From an uncultured Solirubrobacteraceae bacterium (GTDB lineage Bacteria; Actinomycetota; Thermoleophilia; Solirubrobacterales; Solirubrobacteraceae): a DNA stretch of 64,000 nt. This document shows, one piece after another, positions 19,818-29,166 of the stretch. Each line of letters starts with the position of its first letter. Positions within the stretch are counted from its first letter, which is position 1. The position numbers and the translations under genes were made by a program. The stretch covers positions 3,423-67,422 of the forward strand of contig CAXSFZ010000007.1 of NCBI GenBank assembly GCA_964236905.1, in the 5' to 3' direction. Under the pieces are notes generated by a model. The model was not told where the DNA came from and did not search any database. It saw only the letters and a program-made list of their open reading frames with translations.

Positions 19818-20426
19818 TCAGCCCGCGGGCGTGACCTCGGTGGCGTTGACGTAGGCACCGCGCGCGTCGACCGCCTTCGCCTCCGCGTCGGTGAGCTTCA
19901 GCGTGCGGGCGGCGTCCTTCGGGGCGGGGCGCACCTCGCCCTTGAGCCCGACCACGTCGCCCACCTTGGGCAGCTGCTGGTCGGACTCGTCCTGGCCGAC
20001 CTTCGAGCCGTACTCGACGTACTGCTGGTCGCTCTCGTCCGTGCCCACGAAGAAGCCCGAGCCCGAGGCGGCCAGCGAGAGCACCTTCAGCCCGGCGCCC
20101 GTCGCCGGATCGCCGACGTGGTCGGAGATGGCGGCGGGCGAGCCGAGCACGTCGTCGGCGCCCGCGGTCAGCGTGCCGGTCGCGGCCGGCGGGGTGGTGT
20201 CCGCCGGAGGCGTCGTGGTCGCGGCCGGGGCGCTCGCGGCCGGAGCGGAGGTCGACGCCGACTTGTCGTCGTCGCCGTTGCAGGAGACGAGGCCGATGAT
20301 GATCAGCAGCGCGATCAAGGCCAGCAGCCCGAGCAGCAGCGGGAGCAGGCCGCGCTTCTTCTTGCCGTCCTCACCGCCGACGGCGATGGATGATCGGCGG
20401 GGGTCGTAGTTCTTCCGTTGGGCCAT
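19818..20426 (-). CDS. Hypothetical membrane-anchored or lipoprotein
   Basis: MAQRKNYD..KKKRG, hydrophobic helix, VSC, Thr/Pro/Ala linker, then a globular C-terminus; C-terminal part of ORF 19818..22307. Confidence 0.7.
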   Translation of the reverse strand: MAQRKNYDPRRSSIAVGGEDGKKKRGLLPLLLGLLALIALLIIIGLVSCNGDDDKSASTSAPAASAPAATTTPPADTTPPAATGTLTAGADDVLGSPAAISDHVGDPATGAGLKVLSLAASGSGFFVGTDESDQQYVEYGSKVGQDESDQQLPKVGDVVGLKGEVRPAPKDAARTLKLTDAEAKAVDARGAYVNATEVTPAG

Positions 20427-20537
20427 GAACGCAAAGTATGTCTTGTTTGGTCCACGCGAAGCAGGACGGTCAGAGTTCAAACGAAACAAAGCCAGACGAC
20501 CTGTTGCAGATTGACCCGGGTGGCGCCGGGCACAGGC

Positions 20538-21971
20538 ATGACCGTGACGCGGGAGAACGAGGACGGGAGGCGCCGGCGCCGGCGCAGTGACGCGGCCCTC
20601 AACGCGACCCGCCTGCTCGAGGTCGCGAGCCGCCTGCTCAGCGAGCGCCCCGACGTCGACATGGCCACCGTGGCCGAGCAGGCCGGCGTCAGCCGGGGGA
20701 CGCTGTACCGGCACTTCTCCTCCCGCGGCGCGCTCGTCGAGGCGGTGCGCGTGCAGGCGCGTGACGAGGCGGAGAGCCACCAGGTCGACGCGCTGCGGCC
20801 GCCGGGCGAGCTCGCGAACACGGCGGTCACGCCGCTGTCGATCACCGACGTGCTGAACAAGGTCCCGCCGCACCAGCTCGCCGAGCAGATCGTCGCGGAG
20901 GCGCAGCGCATCGACGGCGTGAGCTCGGCCGCCGTCTACCTGGTGGACCTCGACGGCGCCTGCATGCAGCGCCTGGCCGGCGCCGCCACCTTCCCGGCCA
21001 AGATCGCGGTGCCGCTGGCCGTCGGCCCCGAGATCCCGATCGAGGGCGTCGCCGCGCTGCGGGCGACGGTCGCCGAGCTGCTCCCCGCCAGCACGCTGGT
21101 CCCGCTCTTCCTGCGCGGCCGCGGCATCGGCGCGCTGCTGACCACCGGCGACGGCGACGACGCGCTGCGCGACCTGGCACTGGAGGCCGCCGCGGCGCTG
21201 AGCCTGGTCGACGACTACACCGACGTCATCGAGATGGCCCAGCGCGTGCGCCCCACCACCCCGGCCGCCGAGATCCAGCAGAACCTCCTGCCGCCGCGCA
21301 TCGTGCGGGTCTCGGGCGCGGCGCTCGCCGGCAACGTGCTCCCGGGCTACGACATCGGCGGGGACTGGTTCGACTACGCGGAGAACCCGGCCTGCACCTG
21401 GGTCGGGGTGGCGGACGCGGAGGGCACGGGCCCGCGCGCGGCCGGCCTGGCCGCCGTCCTGCTCGGGGCGTTCCGTGCCGCGCGCCACCACACGACCGAT
21501 CCGGCGGAGGCCGTGCTGCTGATGCACCAGGTGCTCGGCGAGGTGACCGACACGCCCGCGACGGCCACGGCGACCCTCGCCACCTGGAACCCGGCGACGG
21601 CCGAGTTCGCCTGGGTGACCTGCGGTGAGGTCGCGCCGATGCTCATCGACGTGCAGGGCCGGCTCGAGCACCTCGACCACGGCGTCGTGCCCCGCCTCGG
21701 CGATCCGGCGATGCCGTCCCACGTCGAGGTGCAGCGGCGCCGTCTCGAGGCGGGCGAGCGCCTGCTGCTCCTCTCCGACGGCATCCTCGGGCGCCGCACC
21801 GTCGCCGGCGGGACCCTCGGGGTCGCCGGCGTCCACCGCGCCGCGCTCAAGGCGCCGAACGCGACGGCGGCCGGGACGCTGCGAGCCATCGAGGACGCCG
21901 TGCGCGAAGCGGTCGCCGACCCGCTCGACGACGACGCCACGCTCATCGTCTTCGTCCGCACGCCGATGTGA
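20538..21971 (+). CDS. TetR-HTH / PP2C (SpoIIE/RsbU-type) phosphatase fusion
   Basis: VAEQAGVSRGTLYRHF HTH; EIQQNLLP, GGDWFD, ADAEGTG, LSDG, DDDATL phosphatase motifs. Confidence 0.85.
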   Translation: MTVTRENEDGRRRRRRSDAALNATRLLEVASRLLSERPDVDMATVAEQAGVSRGTLYRHFSSRGALVEAVRVQARDEAESHQVDALRPPGELANTAVTPLSITDVLNKVPPHQLAEQIVAEAQRIDGVSSAAVYLVDLDGACMQRLAGAATFPAKIAVPLAVGPEIPIEGVAALRATVAELLPASTLVPLFLRGRGIGALLTTGDGDDALRDLALEAAAALSLVDDYTDVIEMAQRVRPTTPAAEIQQNLLPPRIVRVSGAALAGNVLPGYDIGGDWFDYAENPACTWVGVADAEGTGPRAAGLAAVLLGAFRAARHHTTDPAEAVLLMHQVLGEVTDTPATATATLATWNPATAEFAWVTCGEVAPMLIDVQGRLEHLDHGVVPRLGDPAMPSHVEVQRRRLEAGERLLLLSDGILGRRTVAGGTLGVAGVHRAALKAPNATAAGTLRAIEDAVREAVADPLDDDATLIVFVRTPM

Positions 21972-22023
21972 CCGCCTCCCGGCGTTCGTGTGCGACTCCG
22001 TCTTGCGGGCGTACGATGCACCG

Positions 22024-22227
22024 ATGATCCGGGACGAGACGTACGAGCGGTTCGGCCGTCTCCTGGCCGAGGCGGTCGAGGAGTCCGGAGGGGCCTGGGA
22101 GGACGTCGTCCAGATGCTCTTCGAGCTCGTCGAGGCGCAGGACGCCGCCCTCGAGCGACTCACGGACCGGCTCGCCGAGGCCGAACGTCGCCTGGAGACG
22201 CAGGCGGCGCTCTCCTCGGTCGGCTGA
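22024..22227 (+). CDS. Small hypothetical coiled-coil protein
   Basis: 67 aa, high GC3, TACGAT -10 six nt upstream of ATG. Confidence 0.65.
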   Translation: MIRDETYERFGRLLAEAVEESGGAWEDVVQMLFELVEAQDAALERLTDRLAEAERRLETQAALSSVG

Positions 22228-22466
22228 GCGCGCGCCGGCGGCCTGCGGCGCAGGCCGGGCAGGCTCCGAGGCCGGCGGCGGCTCCGGCTGCGCGCGTCGT
22301 CCTGCACGGGTCAGGGCCAGCGTGAGCTCGGCGGGCCCGAGTGCCTCGAGCAGCAGCTCGCGGTGGCACCCGAGGAGGTCGGTCTCCGATCGGGCTCTCG
22401 AACGCGGCGCGTCCGGCGACGCGCGTCCTGCGCGGCGCACGCGCGAGACTGCCGGTCCGCTCCCCG

Positions 22467-23540
22467 ATGGCCCGCGCACACCACACTCCAGGACCCGATC
22501 GCGCTCGCGACGGCCGCCGGCGCCAGGCGAGCGACCTCGCCGCCGCGCGGCTCTCCGCGCAGGGGCTGAGCGGTCCGCCGCTGGCCGGTGCTGTCGCGGT
22601 CTGCGAGCGCCTCCTCGCCGTCCAGGCGCAGGACCTCCGGGGCGCGCGGCTGGCCACCCGGGCGCGCACCGCCGGGGGGACGGCGGCCGAGGTCGACCGG
22701 GCGCTCGCCGACGGCGAGCTCGTGGTCTCCTGGGTCAACCGCGGCACCCTGCACCTCGTGCGCGCCGAGGACTGGCCGTGGCTCCACGCGCTCACCACGC
22801 CGCAGCTCGAACGCGCGAACGCCCGGCGCCTGGAGCAGGAGGGCGTGAGCCCGGGTGCCGCCGACCGGGGCGTGGCCGTCGCGGCGGCCGCGCTCGCCCG
22901 GCACGGGCCGCTGCTCCGGGCCGAGCTCGTCGGGCACCTCGAGCGCGCCGGCGTGCCGGCCGCCGGGCAGGCGTTCGTCCACGTCATGCTGCGCGCCACG
23001 ATCCGCGGCCTGGTGGTGCGCGGGCCGACCGCCGGGCGCGAGCAGGCCTTCGCCCTGGTGCACGACTGGCTCGGCGACCCGCCGCCGGTCGACCGCGACC
23101 GCGCGCTCGCCGAGCTCGCCCGTCGCTACCTGCGCGGCCACGGGCCGGCCATGGCCCGCGACCTCGCGGCCTGGGCCGGCACCACTCTCGGGGACGCCCG
23201 GCGGGGCCTCGCCGCCGTCGGCCCCGAGGAGCGGCCCGGCGGGCTCCTCGACCTGCCTGGTCGCCCGCCGCCCGCGCGGCTCGGCCCGCCGCGGCTGCTC
23301 GGGCCGTTCGACCCGGTGCTGCACGGCTGGGCCCGTCGCGACTGGGTGCTCGACGACCCGGGGCACGTCGTCACGAGCAACGGGATCTTCCGCCCGTCGA
23401 TCCTCCTCGGCGGGCGCATCGTCGGGACCTGGACGCTCGGCGGCGACCTGCGCCCGTTCGCGCCGCTCGCCGCGCGGACCTCCGCGGCGCTCGGGGCGGA
23501 GCTCGCGGACGTGCGGCGGTTCCTGGAGGCCGAGCGCTGA
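22467..23540 (+). CDS. AlkZ-like (HTH_42) DNA glycosylase
   Basis: VQAQD, RGTLHLV, RRYLRGHGPA, DLAAWAG, LLGPFD, VGTW; start uncertain. Confidence 0.85.
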   Translation: MARAHHTPGPDRARDGRRRQASDLAAARLSAQGLSGPPLAGAVAVCERLLAVQAQDLRGARLATRARTAGGTAAEVDRALADGELVVSWVNRGTLHLVRAEDWPWLHALTTPQLERANARRLEQEGVSPGAADRGVAVAAAALARHGPLLRAELVGHLERAGVPAAGQAFVHVMLRATIRGLVVRGPTAGREQAFALVHDWLGDPPPVDRDRALAELARRYLRGHGPAMARDLAAWAGTTLGDARRGLAAVGPEERPGGLLDLPGRPPPARLGPPRLLGPFDPVLHGWARRDWVLDDPGHVVTSNGIFRPSILLGGRIVGTWTLGGDLRPFAPLAARTSAALGAELADVRRFLEAER

Positions 23541-23685
23541 GCGACCTCGCGCACCGCGCTCGAGCGGCTGGCGGACGGCGCGCGCGAGGCCGTGCGCTCG
23601 CCGCCTGGCCCCGGCCGGGCTCCGGGCCCAGCCGAGGCGAGCGACCGGAGCCGGAACGCCGCCGCCGGGCTAGCCTCGCGACGCC

Positions 23686-24036
23686 ATGGCCAGCCGACCT
23701 CCGGAGGGGCAGGCGCTGCAGCGCGTCTGCCCGCACTGCTCGACGATCGCGGTCACCGCGGAGGGGCGCTGCCCGTGGTGCCGGCGCTCCTACCGCCGCC
23801 GTCTGGTGCCCTGGGTGGCGCTGCTGGCGCTGCTCCAGGTGGCGCTGACCGTGGGCGGCATCGCCCTGGTGCTGGTCGTGGCCGGGCGTGCGGCGCGGGA
23901 CGAGCTCGACGACCAGGTGGACACGGTCCAGCGGGACGTGACGCGGCAGGTCGACGGGCTGGACGGCCGCCTGCGCCGCGAGCTCGAGCGTGAGCTCGAC
24001 CGACGACTGCCGGCGGCGCCCGCGACCGCCCCCTGA
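23686..24036 (+). CDS. Hypothetical zinc-ribbon / TM / coiled-coil protein
   Basis: CPHC..CPWC followed by a hydrophobic helix and heptad-like C-terminus. Confidence 0.65.
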   Translation: MASRPPEGQALQRVCPHCSTIAVTAEGRCPWCRRSYRRRLVPWVALLALLQVALTVGGIALVLVVAGRAARDELDDQVDTVQRDVTRQVDGLDGRLRRELERELDRRLPAAPATAP

Positions 24037-24062
24037 GCCCGGGCGGTGATCCCGGCCGAGGC

Positions 24063-25946
24063 TCAGGCGGCGTCCTGCGAGCCCCCGAGCCACTCCGCCA
24101 CGGCCGCGCGGGTCTCGCCGCTCAGCCGGTGGTAGTCCGTCGCGGTCACCACCGGGACGCCGGCCGCGCGCGCCGCGGCGGCGGTGGCGCCCGGCGCCGC
24201 GTCGGGATCCCAGCGGGGCGCGAGGACGAGCCCGGGCCGGCCGTCGAGCGCGGCGAGGAGGTCGGCGAGCCCGTACTGCGGGGGCGCCGCCAGCAGCGGC
24301 TCCTGGGTCGACGGCGCGATGACCGCCACCCCGGCCACCCGGGGCTCGTCCACGGCCAGGTGGAGCGCGACGAGGGCACCCGTGCCGTATCCGACGAGCC
24401 ACGCCGGCCGGCTCGCCGCGAGCGCGTCGAGCACCGTGCGGGCGTCGGCGACCATGCGCCCGAGCGGCGACCAGCCCGGGTCGAGCGACGCCTCCTCGCG
24501 CACCCGGGCGCCCGTCCCCACCGGGTCGTGACAGGCGACCGCCCATCCGCGCCGCGCGAGCGTCACCGGCAGCGGCTCGGCCTGCTCGTACCCGGCCAGC
24601 CATCCCGTGGCGCGGCTGAGCGGCGGGAGCCAGAGGACCAGCGGCGCGCTCCCGGACGGGTCGCCGACCAGGTCGACCGCCAGGCCGCCCGCGGCCTGGC
24701 GACGGTGGACCGGCACGCCCTCGAGCTCGGGCGGCGGGGAGCCGGCGGGGCGGCCCACGGGCCGGCCCGTGCCGAGGGCCTTGCCCATCGCGGCCTCCAG
24801 CTCCTCCCGCGGGCGCGGCCGCCAGCCCGGCGCGGGGCGGGCCGTCGCGGGCCAGCGCGCCCAGGCCCCGTGGAGCGCGAGCTCGGTGTGCCCGCGACGC
24901 GCGCTGCGCCCGACGGCCGCGTCGGCCCAGTCGAGGTACCCCGCGACCGCGTCGGGCGTCGCCGGGTGCCCGCCGTCGCGGTAGCGCAGCACGAGCGCGT
25001 CGGCCGCGCCGAAGCGCGCGTACACGTCCCGCACGGCGGCGACCGTGCGCTCGGCCGCGGCGGTCGACTCCACCTGGTCGTTGACGGCCACGGAGATCAG
25101 CACGGGCCGCGGCGCGATGAGCGCGAGGAGCTCGTGGGCGTCGGTCGGCAGCCGGTGCTCGCGGCCGGCCCAGAAGCGCAGGCGCGGGTGGAACCAGTCG
25201 GGGTAGTGGCGGGTGAGCAGCTCGATGCCCTCGCCGAAGTGGCGGTCGGTGAGCAGCCGCGCGGGCATCGCGCCGAGCACCCCGCTCGAGCTCGAGACGA
25301 CCGCCGCGAAGCGCTCGTCGTGGGCCGCCGCGATGAGCGCCGCCTTGCCGTTGCGCGAATGGCCCGCCAGCACGGTCCGGCCCGCGTCGACCTCCGGCCG
25401 GGCCGCGAGCACGTCGAGGGCTCGGGAGAGCGCCCACGCGCGCCGCGCGAGGCGCGACCAGTCGGCCCCGGGCACCGCGAAGGAGTCGGTGTCGTCGCGC
25501 ACGTCGTCGGCGTGCACGACGCACGCCGCCCAGCCGCGCTCGCGCGCCGCCTGCGCCCAGGCGAGGTGCCCGCCCTGGACCATGAGCACGGGCGGCGGCG
25601 CCGCGGCGCGGGCCGGGAGCAGCAGCCGGGCGCCGAGGCGCCCCCCGGCGACCGCGAGCGACAGCGCGAGCTCGCCGTCGCGCTGCTCCACCGCGGCCTC
25701 GAGCGGCTCGGGCGCCGGGGGGCGGGCGCCGAGCAGCCAGCGGCGCCAGCGCGCGCGGATGACCGCCCGCCGCGCGGGCCACCCCGCGACGCCCTCGAGC
25801 CCCTCGGCCGGGGACCAGAGCTCGGTCCGCGCGGGCCAGCGCCCGAAGTCGGGGGCGCGCTCGCCGCTGCCGGCCAGCCACGCCTCCCACGCCGGGCTCG
25901 GCGGAAGGGCGGCCCGCAGCTCGGCGGTACGTCGGTCGGCATCCAT
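24063..25946 (-). CDS. Two-domain alpha/beta hydrolase with CE15 (glucuronoyl esterase)-like N-domain
   Basis: AWALSRALD, GHSRNGK, DERF, HELLALIAPRP; second ABH domain with DPVGTGAR, GRMVADA, GYGTGA. Confidence 0.75.
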   Translation of the reverse strand: MDADRRTAELRAALPPSPAWEAWLAGSGERAPDFGRWPARTELWSPAEGLEGVAGWPARRAVIRARWRRWLLGARPPAPEPLEAAVEQRDGELALSLAVAGGRLGARLLLPARAAAPPPVLMVQGGHLAWAQAARERGWAACVVHADDVRDDTDSFAVPGADWSRLARRAWALSRALDVLAARPEVDAGRTVLAGHSRNGKAALIAAAHDERFAAVVSSSSGVLGAMPARLLTDRHFGEGIELLTRHYPDWFHPRLRFWAGREHRLPTDAHELLALIAPRPVLISVAVNDQVESTAAAERTVAAVRDVYARFGAADALVLRYRDGGHPATPDAVAGYLDWADAAVGRSARRGHTELALHGAWARWPATARPAPGWRPRPREELEAAMGKALGTGRPVGRPAGSPPPELEGVPVHRRQAAGGLAVDLVGDPSGSAPLVLWLPPLSRATGWLAGYEQAEPLPVTLARRGWAVACHDPVGTGARVREEASLDPGWSPLGRMVADARTVLDALAASRPAWLVGYGTGALVALHLAVDEPRVAGVAVIAPSTQEPLLAAPPQYGLADLLAALDGRPGLVLAPRWDPDAAPGATAAAARAAGVPVVTATDYHRLSGETRAAVAEWLGGSQDAA

Positions 25947-25989
25947 GCGGCGCCGGCCACGGTACCCCCGGCGGCGGCGGGGCCCTCCA

Positions 25990-26093
25990 CCGGTGCGGCG
26001 CCTCCGGCGCCGGCGGGTCCTCCCCCCGGCGCGGCGCCTCCGGCCCCGGCGGGCGTCCCACCGGTGCAGCGCCTGCCGGCCCGCCCCGGGTAG
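25990..26093 (+). repeat. Three imperfect ~36-bp tandem units in a divergent intergenic region
   Basis: ccgg(t/c)gc(g/a)gcgcct... units start at 25990, 26026 and 26061. Confidence 0.6.
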
Positions 26094-26102
26094 GGCCGCG
26101 CC

Positions 26103-27473
26103 GTGCCCCGCTACGCCCCGCCCCCCGGCAGCACCGACGAGGCCGTCGCCCCGGACGGGGCGGTGCGCCCTCACTACGCCGCCCTGCTCGGCGCGCTCGA
26201 GGGCCGCGATCTCGCGGCGCTGCGCGAGGAGCTCGCCGCCGCCGGCGCCCGTGACGGGACCCTCCACGGCGACCACGTGCTCCACGTCGACCCCGTCCCG
26301 CGCCTGCTGGACCCGGGGGAGTGGGCGCGGCTGGCCGCCGGGCTCGAGCAGCGGCTGCGCGCGCTGGAGGCGTTCGTCGCCGACGCGCACGGGCCGCGGC
26401 GCACCGTCGCCGCCGGCGTGGTGCCCGCCGACGTGCTCGACAGCTGCATCCACCTGGAGCCCGAGGTCGCCGAGCTCCCGCCCCCGGCGCGGTGGATCCC
26501 CGTCGCGGGCCCGGACGTCATCCGCCACCCGGACGGCGAGCTCGTGGTGCTGGAGGACAACGTGCGCACCCCGACGCTCATGGCCCACGCCGCCTGGGCG
26601 CGCCGCCCGGTGGCCGGGCCGCTCCTCGGGAGCGGCGTGCCGGAGCCCCGGCCCTTCGGCGGCCCGCTCGTCGCGGCCCTGCGCGCGGAGCTCGCCGCCG
26701 CCGCCCCGGGGGTGGCCGAGCCGCACGTCGTCGTCCTCGACGACGGTCCCGGCGACCTCCTGGGCTGGGAGGCGGCCTGGCTCGCGCGGGAGCTCGGGAC
26801 GGTGCGCGTGGACCTCGGCGGCCTGCGCTCCCGGGGCGACCGGCTCGTGCTCCGCGAGGGCGGCCGCCCGGTCGACGTGCTCTACCGCCGCACCTCCGAG
26901 GAGCGCCTGCGCGGGGAGGACGGGCGGCCGAACGAGCTCGGGGCGGCCCTCCTGCCGGCGCTGCGGGCCGGGACGCTCGCGGTGGTCAACCCGTTCGGCC
27001 CCGGCGTCGCCGACGACAAGCGCACCTACCCCTACGTCGAGCGGCTCGTGCGCTTCCTGCTCGGCGAGGAGCCGCGGGTGCGCTCGCTGCCCACGCTCGA
27101 CCTCGGCGTCGCGGCGGACCGCGCGCAGGCCCTGGAGCGGCTCGACGAGCTCGTGATCAAGCCGCGCGCGGGCTCGGGCGGCCACGGCCTCCTGCTCGGC
27201 CCGCGCGCCAGCCGCAGCGAGCGGGAGGAGATCGCGGCGGCGATCGCCGCCGACCCCGGCGCCTGGGTCGCGCAGGAGCTCCTGACGTTCTCCACCCACC
27301 CCACGGTCGTCGACGGGGCGCTCGCGCCGCGGCACGTCGACCTGCGCGCGTTCCTGGTCGGCGGGCGCGCCCTTCCGGGCGGCCTCAGCCGGGTCGCGCT
27401 CGCGGCCGGCGACCTGGTCGTCAACTGCTCGCAGGGCGGAGGCGGCAAGGACACGTGGGTTCTGGGCGGCTGA
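26103..27473 (+). CDS. Circularly permuted type 2 ATP-grasp protein
   Basis: DPVPR, VLEDNVRTP, VDVLYRR, GVADDK, PRHVDLR, VVNCSQGGGGKDTWV. Confidence 0.9.
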   Translation: MPRYAPPPGSTDEAVAPDGAVRPHYAALLGALEGRDLAALREELAAAGARDGTLHGDHVLHVDPVPRLLDPGEWARLAAGLEQRLRALEAFVADAHGPRRTVAAGVVPADVLDSCIHLEPEVAELPPPARWIPVAGPDVIRHPDGELVVLEDNVRTPTLMAHAAWARRPVAGPLLGSGVPEPRPFGGPLVAALRAELAAAAPGVAEPHVVVLDDGPGDLLGWEAAWLARELGTVRVDLGGLRSRGDRLVLREGGRPVDVLYRRTSEERLRGEDGRPNELGAALLPALRAGTLAVVNPFGPGVADDKRTYPYVERLVRFLLGEEPRVRSLPTLDLGVAADRAQALERLDELVIKPRAGSGGHGLLLGPRASRSEREEIAAAIAADPGAWVAQELLTFSTHPTVVDGALAPRHVDLRAFLVGGRALPGGLSRVALAAGDLVVNCSQGGGGKDTWVLGG

Positions 27474-27489
27474 CGGGCAGACTGCCCGC

Positions 27490-28545
27490 ATGGAGACCAG
27501 AAGCCTCGGCCGCACCGGCATGCACGTGACCCCGCTCTGCCTCGGGGCGATGATGTTCGGCGCCTGGGGCGAGCCCGACCACGACACGTCGATCGCGATC
27601 ATCCACCGGGCGCTCGACGCGGGCGTGAACTTCGTCGACACCGCGGACATCTACTCGCGCGGGGAGTCGGAGACCATCGTCGGCAAGGCACTGGCCGGCG
27701 GTCGTCGCGAGGACGTCATCCTCGCCACCAAGTTCCACGGGGCGATGGACAAGGACCTGGGCGAGTCCGGCGGGGACCCGAACAAGCGCGGCAACTCACG
27801 GCGCTGGATCGTCCAGGAGGTCGAGAGCAGCCTCCGGCGCCTGCAGACCGACTGGATCGACCTCTACCAGGTGCACCGCCCGGAGGCGGACACCGACGTC
27901 GAGGAGACCCTCGCGGCGCTCACCGACCTGCAGCGCGAGGGGAAGATCCGCGCGTTCGGCTCCTCGACCTTCCCGGCGCACGAGGTGGTCGAGGCGCAGT
28001 GGGCCTCCGAGCGCCGCGGCCTCGGCCGCTTCGTCTCCGAGCAGCCCCCCTACTCGATCCTGGTCCGCGGCGTCGAGGCGGACCTGCTGCCCGTGGCCGA
28101 GCGGTACGGGCTCGGCGTGCTGCCCTGGAGCCCGCTGGCCGGCGGGTGGCTGACCGGCAGGCACCGCCTGGGGCAGGACGCGCCGGCGTCCCACCGCTCG
28201 GGCATGGCCCCGGCCCGCTTCGACCGGGACGACCCGGAGAACCAGCGCAAGCTCGAGGCGGCCGACGCGCTCGCGGTGCTCGCGGAGGAGGCCGGGCTCC
28301 CGCTCATCCACCTGGCCCTCGCCTTCACGCTGAGCCACCCCGCGGTGACGGCGCCGATCATCGGCCCGCGGACCATGGAGCAGCTCGAGTCGCAGCTCGG
28401 CGCCGCCGAGGTGCGACTGAGCACCGACGTGCTCGATCGCATCGACGAGATCGTCCCGCCCGGCACCACCATCTCGCTCGCCGACGCCGGCTACGTCCCG
28501 GCCGCCCTCTCCGATCCGCTCCTGCGGCGCCGCCGGACCGCGTAG
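27490..28545 (+). CDS. Aldo/keto reductase
   Basis: CLGAMMFG, DTADIY, LATK, IDLYQVH, WSPLAGG, IIGPR. Confidence 0.92.
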   Translation: METRSLGRTGMHVTPLCLGAMMFGAWGEPDHDTSIAIIHRALDAGVNFVDTADIYSRGESETIVGKALAGGRREDVILATKFHGAMDKDLGESGGDPNKRGNSRRWIVQEVESSLRRLQTDWIDLYQVHRPEADTDVEETLAALTDLQREGKIRAFGSSTFPAHEVVEAQWASERRGLGRFVSEQPPYSILVRGVEADLLPVAERYGLGVLPWSPLAGGWLTGRHRLGQDAPASHRSGMAPARFDRDDPENQRKLEAADALAVLAEEAGLPLIHLALAFTLSHPAVTAPIIGPRTMEQLESQLGAAEVRLSTDVLDRIDEIVPPGTTISLADAGYVPAALSDPLLRRRRTA

Positions 28546-28551
28546 GGGGCC

Positions 28552-29016
28552 TCAGGCGTCGGGGCGCGGCCCGAGCGCCGTGGCGAGCCGGTCCACCACC
28601 GCCTGCTCCGCGGCGGAGATCTCCTTGCCGCCGAAGCCGAGCACCGCGCCCTCCTTGTGGGCGCGGGCGACGGTGTCGGCGAGGCGGGCGACGAAGTCGC
28701 CGAACTCGCGCAGCTCGGTGTCCGTCGCCTTCTCCCGCAGCAGGTCGGAGGCCTCCCGCACGGCCGCCTCGGCGCGGTCGGCGAGGCTCGCGGCGTCGCG
28801 CGCGCCCTGAGGGTCGGCCACGGGCGGCGAGGCGAGCAGCGCCTCGACGAGCTCGGCGTGCTCCTCCCCGCGGGCCTGCTGGTAGGCCCGGGCGAGCGAG
28901 AGCCCCTCCTTGAGCGTCCCGCCGCGATCGGCGGCGGCGACGGCGAGGGCGGCCAGCGCGGGCGCGGCGGTGAGGGTGGTCCACTGCTCGGCGTCGAACT
29001 CGGCCTTGCGGGTCAT
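28552..29016 (-). CDS. Conserved hypothetical protein
   Basis: MTRKAEFDAEQW..ARAHKEG..LGFGGKEISAAE; coding-like codon bias. Confidence 0.75.
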   Translation of the reverse strand: MTRKAEFDAEQWTTLTAAPALAALAVAAADRGGTLKEGLSLARAYQQARGEEHAELVEALLASPPVADPQGARDAASLADRAEAAVREASDLLREKATDTELREFGDFVARLADTVARAHKEGAVLGFGGKEISAAEQAVVDRLATALGPRPDA

Positions 29017-29166
29017 GCCCCGGAACGCTAGCGAGCCGACGGGGCGGGGCGGCCGGGCCGGGCCCGAGTGCGCTCCGGGGCGGACCGTGGCGAGGCCGGG
29101 CGCCACTCGGCGGCCGTGGCGGGTGGGTGGGTGGCACCCCGGGCGCGTGCTGCATCATGCGCGCCT

